NCBI RefSeq assembly: GCF_009914755.1
Contig: NC_060927.1
Reading direction: 5' to 3' (one strand)
DNA: 64,000 bases
Source: the human T2T-CHM13v2.0 reference genome, Homo sapiens
Positions 58,791 through 64,000 of this stretch are shown piece by piece; the stretch's first letter is position 1; the number at the start of each line of letters is the position of its first letter. The notes beneath the pieces are model-generated. The model did no database searches and had not been told where the DNA came from. It was given only the letters and a program-made list of their open reading frames with translations. Both the position numbers and the translations under genes were made by a program.

Positions 58791-59613
58791 GAATTCCAAT
58801 TTCTAAAATTATCTTAGTGTTCATCATTACCATTCTCATAATAAAATAAAATTGAACAAACCGAAGAGCAGCAACTCATTTTATACCCACCAGATAACTG
58901 AAGTTATAGGGAAAATCACTGCTCTGCAAAGTGAAATTATATATGGATACTGACAATTACAGATTACTAGAAGCAGAATCACAGGAGTAGAGCCTCAGGG
59001 GCAGAAGACAACTGGAGATAATACCGGTAGAAATATTCAAGTTGCAACTGAACCATTTCTAGCAATCTATTGTGGACTAACTTGAGAGTTAAAAACACTG
59101 GAGGCCTAACTTTTAGGGACAGTGGGGCAGGAGAGGGGAGAGCACATTTCTCTGAGTTTTACCTCCAGCAGTTTCATCAGGTTCTCAGGGTGAAGAACAA
59201 CAACATCAAAACAATCCTCTCTCGCTTCTGGCAGCAGAAGAGAAAAGACAACCATTTCAATATATGTCTACGACATTCTCTTCTCCTTTAAAAGGAACTG
59301 CTCTTAAAATAAAGCATTTTCACCACAGTTTAACCTACTAGGGTTTTACCGGTGCCTAACTAGCCTGGGGTGAGGAAAATATCCGACTTCATTCCTGCCT
59401 TTTATGTGGGGAAAGAAAACAGCCAATTCTAGCTCCATCTAGCTTTTGATGTAAATGAAGGTATACAGATAACCTAAGCCCCCTCTATCCTCCTTGTCTC
59501 ACCTAAGGAAGAAAAAAACAAAGCTGAAAAGCACTTGTGAAAGTTACAACACCATGATGCAGGCTCACTAAAAGACTGAGACTCAACGGAAACATAGAAT
59601 GTTTCCTTTCCCT

Positions 59614-59936
<323 letters not shown>

Positions 59937-60260
59937 TCAAGCACCTGTATTATAACAGTGGATTATAGCTAAAAGAACTGTAAAACTAAGATCCTATTTA
60001 AGAAAGAGTTTCTAGGGAAACTCAAAGACAATAAGGAAGACCAAAGAGGGCATTGGAGGAAGTTGAAGCATCTGAGACATACAGGTCGGAGACATACAGG
60101 TATAGCAAACATACAGACTAACTCATAAACCGATAAACATAAAACCTCATATTAAAAGATTACTTACCTCAGTTTCTTTTATCCAATCCCTGATGTCTGA
60201 TTTTCAGCAAAAAATTACTGAATTTTTGTACAAAATTTTTACTGAATTTTTGGACAAAAC

Positions 60261-60604
60261 TATCTTTGTCCTTTTGGGCTGCTGAAACAAAATATGATAG
60301 ATTGGGTTGCTTATGAAGAACAGAAATGTATTTCTCACAGTTCTGGAGGCTGGGAATCCCAAGATCAAGGTGTTGGCAGACTTGGCACCTGCTGAGGAAC
60401 TGCTTTCTGGCTTATAAAACAGTGCCTTCTAGCTGTGTCATCTATGGTAGAAGGCATGAATGTGCTCTGTTGGGCCAATTTTATGAAGACATTAAGCCCA
60501 TTCATAATTTAATCACTTCCTAAAGGACCTCTCTTTCTAATACCATTGGGGACTAGGTTTCAACATATGAATTCTGAGGTGACACAAACATTCAGACCAT
60601 GGCA
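60261..60604 (-). mobile_element. MLT1A-like MaLR LTR
   Basis: cagaaatgtatttctcacagttctggaggctgggaatcccaagatcaagg...gacacaaacattcagaccatggca. Confidence 0.8.
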
Positions 60605-60944
60605 CATGCTAAAAGGCAAAAAGTTTGAAGAGACAAACAAGATACAAATATGTCAGAAGTTTTAGTATAATGAGACAGGGAATTTAAAATAACTATGATT
60701 AATATACTAAGGGCTCCAGTGGAAAGAAGTAAACAACACAAAGGTACAGATGGGTAATGTGAGCAGGAGAAAGAAACTACAGTAGACTCAAAAGGAAATG
60801 CTAGAAGTTAAAAATATAACAGACAGAAAGTGTTTGACGGGCTTTTCAATAGACAGGATACTTTTGAGAAAAGCAGTGATTTAGAAGTTATGTCAATAGA
60901 AACGTCTCTAACTGAAAAGTAAAGACAGTAAAAAGAAAACCGCC

Positions 60945-61434
<490 letters not shown>

Positions 61435-62011
61435 TCAGGAAGCTCACAGAACACCCAGCAGGATAAATAGTAAGTAATCTATACCTACCCTTCAGTATCT
61501 TATCTGTAGAGAAACAAGGATAAGAATTAAACTGGATTTCTCTTAAAAACCCATATGACTAAAAAAGAGTCAAGTGAAATATTTAAAGTGTTGAAATAAA
61601 AAGAAACTAAGATTCTGTATTTAAGGAAAAATTATATTTCAAAAACTATGCCTGCTTCTAAAACTACCTCTGACTAAATTTATTTAGACCAGTCTGCGAA
61701 GCATTTATGCCCCAGAGCATTATTTAAAATAATATAGCAATCAGCCTGTAAATAGTTGAGCCTATGTGGCAGGTGTAATACCAAAGAGGTCCATGGCTTA
61801 AAACAGAAAAAAGAAAAAGAGACAATCAGAGGTAAACTTCCTGGCCAAAAAAACATTGTTATCTCAGCGTGACTGTGCCCAATCCCTAGGCTGAGCCCTC
61901 TGCGTAGCTACGCCAAAGGCTTCACACCACAGGCTTCATACTCTAGGTGTAATAGACATCAGTAATATATTTCATTCGTGTTTCTAAGAAAATAAACAAG
62001 CAAACAACAAA

Positions 62012-62264
62012 AAGTGGTAGTTAAGCTTGAGGATGCAAAGGCATAAGAGTGATACAATGGACTTTGGGGGCTTGGGAGAAAGGATGGGAATAGGGTGAGA
62101 AATAAAAGACTACAAATTCGGTACAGTATATACTGCTTGGGTGATGGGAGCACCAAAATCTCACAAATCACCACTAAAGAACTTACTTATGTAACCAAAC
62201 ACTACCTGTTCCCCAAAAGCCTATGGAAATTAAAAATAAAGAAAGAAAGAAAGAAAGAAAGAAA
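62012..62264 (+). mobile_element. L1PB-type 3' end fragment with (GAAA)n tail
   Basis: gaggatgcaaaggcataag...caccaaaatctcacaaatcaccactaaagaactt. Confidence 0.8.
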
Positions 62265-62359
62265 TTGCGTCATACCATACAGCCCTAAGGAAAAAAACCT
62301 AAGGTTGGGACAGGGACTAGTATCCAGAGTTGGTACAACACTTTTCTTAAAATACCCAG

Positions 62360-62663
62360 TTTTTTTTGTTTGTTTGTTTTTTGAGAGGGAGTCTCATTCT
62401 GTCACCAGGCTGGAGTGCAGTGACGCGATCTCGGCTCACTGCACCCTTTGCCTCCTGGGTTCAAGTAATTCTCCTGCCTCAGCCTCCTGAGTGGCTGGGA
62501 CTACAGGTGCCTGCCACCACGCCCTGCTAATTTTTTTGTATTTTTAGTAGAGATGGGATTTCACCGTGTTGGCCAGGATGGTCTTGATCTCTTGACCTCG
62601 TGATCTGCCCGCCTCAGCCTCCCAAAGTGCTGGAATTACAGGCGTGAGCCACCGCACCCAACC
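62360..62663 (-). mobile_element. AluS (Sc-like)
   Basis: Full antisense Alu; TSD aaaatacccag. Confidence 0.92.
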
Positions 62664-62674
62664 AAAATACCCAG

Positions 62675-62725
62675 TTTTTTTTTGTTTTTTTTGAGACAGA
62701 GTCTTGCTCTATCGCCCAGGCTGGA
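62675..62725 (-). mobile_element. Severely 5'-truncated Alu (33 bp plus tail)
   Basis: Poly-T then gagacagagtcttgctctatcgcccaggctgga, flanked by aaaatacccag/aaaatacccaag. Confidence 0.85.
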
Positions 62726-62742
62726 AAAAATACCCAAGTTTT

Positions 62743-62776
<34 letters not shown>
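62743..62776. repeat. (AAC)11 microsatellite
   Basis: Direct read. Confidence 0.92.
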
Positions 62777-62949
62777 TATTATGAAATATGTAAAGAAATA
62801 GGAAAGTATAACCCATACACAGAAAAAAAAATAGTATTCAACAGAAAAAATAACCAAATAAAAATTATGTGGTTAAAGTATACTACCTGGTAGAAAAGAA
62901 AGCAACATAAAAATAGATTTCAACAATACTATATACAAACTAGGCCTGT

Positions 62950-63778
62950 CACACATCTATAGAACTTTCTACTCAACAACAGGAGAATGCATATTTTTCC
63001 TAAGTGCACATGAACCATTCTCCAGGATGGACTATATGGAAGCCCATAAAGGAAGTCTCAATAAATCTAAATTAATTGAAATAATCAAATGTAAGCCATT
63101 TGTTCACAATTGAGTGAAATAAGAAATTGATAACAGGATATAACTTTAAAAATTCACAAATATAAGAAAATTAAAAAAGACTTTTAGATAACCAATTGGT
63201 CAAAGAAAAAAGATCACAGAAAAGTAAACAAACAAGCCAAAAATCTTTTGGATGAATTAAAATAAAAACATCAATATAGCTAAAGTAAAATATAGGTGGT
63301 AATGTATACCTAACATTGTCTATATTTAAAAAAAATAAAATATTTCAAATCACTACTTATTTTCACCTTAAAGACCCTGGAAAAAAAGACAAAAAGTAAG
63401 CAGAAAGTAATAATAAGGACTGAGCAGAAAGTAATAATAAGGACTGGAACAGAAATTAATAAAACAGAGTTTAGTAAAACAATAAAGAAAATCAGGAAAC
63501 CCCAAGTCTGGTTATTTGAACTATCAGCAAAATTGACAAACCTCGATGAATCCCACTGGAATGACAAAAAATAAAAGAGAAAGCCCAGGCCTTGATGGCT
63601 TCACTGGTAAATTCTACCAAATGGTAAAAACAAAACAAAACAAACAAACAGACAAAAAAAAAAAACAAAACAGAAATTCTTCCAAAACCCTTCCAAAAAA
63701 TGGAAGACAAAAACATTTTTCTGTTCATTCTTTGAGGCCAGTATTATCCTGATACCAATACCAAAGATATCATGAGAA

Positions 63779-63838
<60 letters not shown>

Positions 63839-64000
63839 AAAAAAAAAACGCAGACCAATATCCTTTAGAAATGTAATCAAAATAAATGCCCCACAAGATA
63901 ATAGATACTAGCAAACTGAATAACCTTATAGAGAGATCGATCAATAAATAGAGAGATAGAGACAGAGATTTATGTACATATGTAATGCCACATTGGTTTA
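62950..64000 (+). mobile_element. Ancient L1M ORF2 fragments
   Basis: SPGLDGFTGKFYQ; tttgaggccagtattatcctgatacca; agtgcacatgaaccattctccagg. Confidence 0.7.
63777..63840. repeat. (AAAG)n tetranucleotide microsatellite, ~16 units
   Basis: Direct read. Confidence 0.95.

Noticed and set aside
60075-60260. Short direct repeats (gagacatacaggt x2; ttactgaattttg x2)
   Set aside because: Ordinary slippage duplications in decayed L1.

Overview
Primate (most likely human or great-ape) AT-rich, repeat-dense DNA. I found no host protein-coding exon; every ORF in the track that I could assign falls in a decayed retroelement, and the rest look like chance ORFs. Main contents: a near-full-length old L1MA (~890-7930, +) carrying a THE1 LTR and an AluSp; a 3'-truncated MER52 LTR fused to a partial Alu; a complete 5.8-kb env-deleted HERV-H provirus (23807-29622, -) with LTR7B-type LTRs, a His PBS and a perfect TGCAG target-site duplication (TSD), inserted in an L1PA16-like element; a full-length L1PA12-14-like element with a perfect 16-bp TSD (33379-40095, +); a rearranged L1/Alu/L1 patchwork (40.8-45.5 kb); a complete THE1 MaLR provirus (54100-56387, -); many Alus, including a very young AluY; MIR, L2 and DNA-transposon relics; and microsatellites. 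The most notable observation is an LTR asymmetry. In HERV-H the 5' LTR has damaged TATA and GT boxes, while the 3' LTR keeps them but has lost its poly(A) signal. The THE1 provirus shows a similar pattern, with a perfect DUX4-type motif only in its 3' LTR. Both 3' LTRs could therefore act as leftward-firing promoters. This is a hypothesis, not evidence of a new system. Subfamily names come from recalled consensus sequences, not from a search, and the boundaries of old repeats are approximate.
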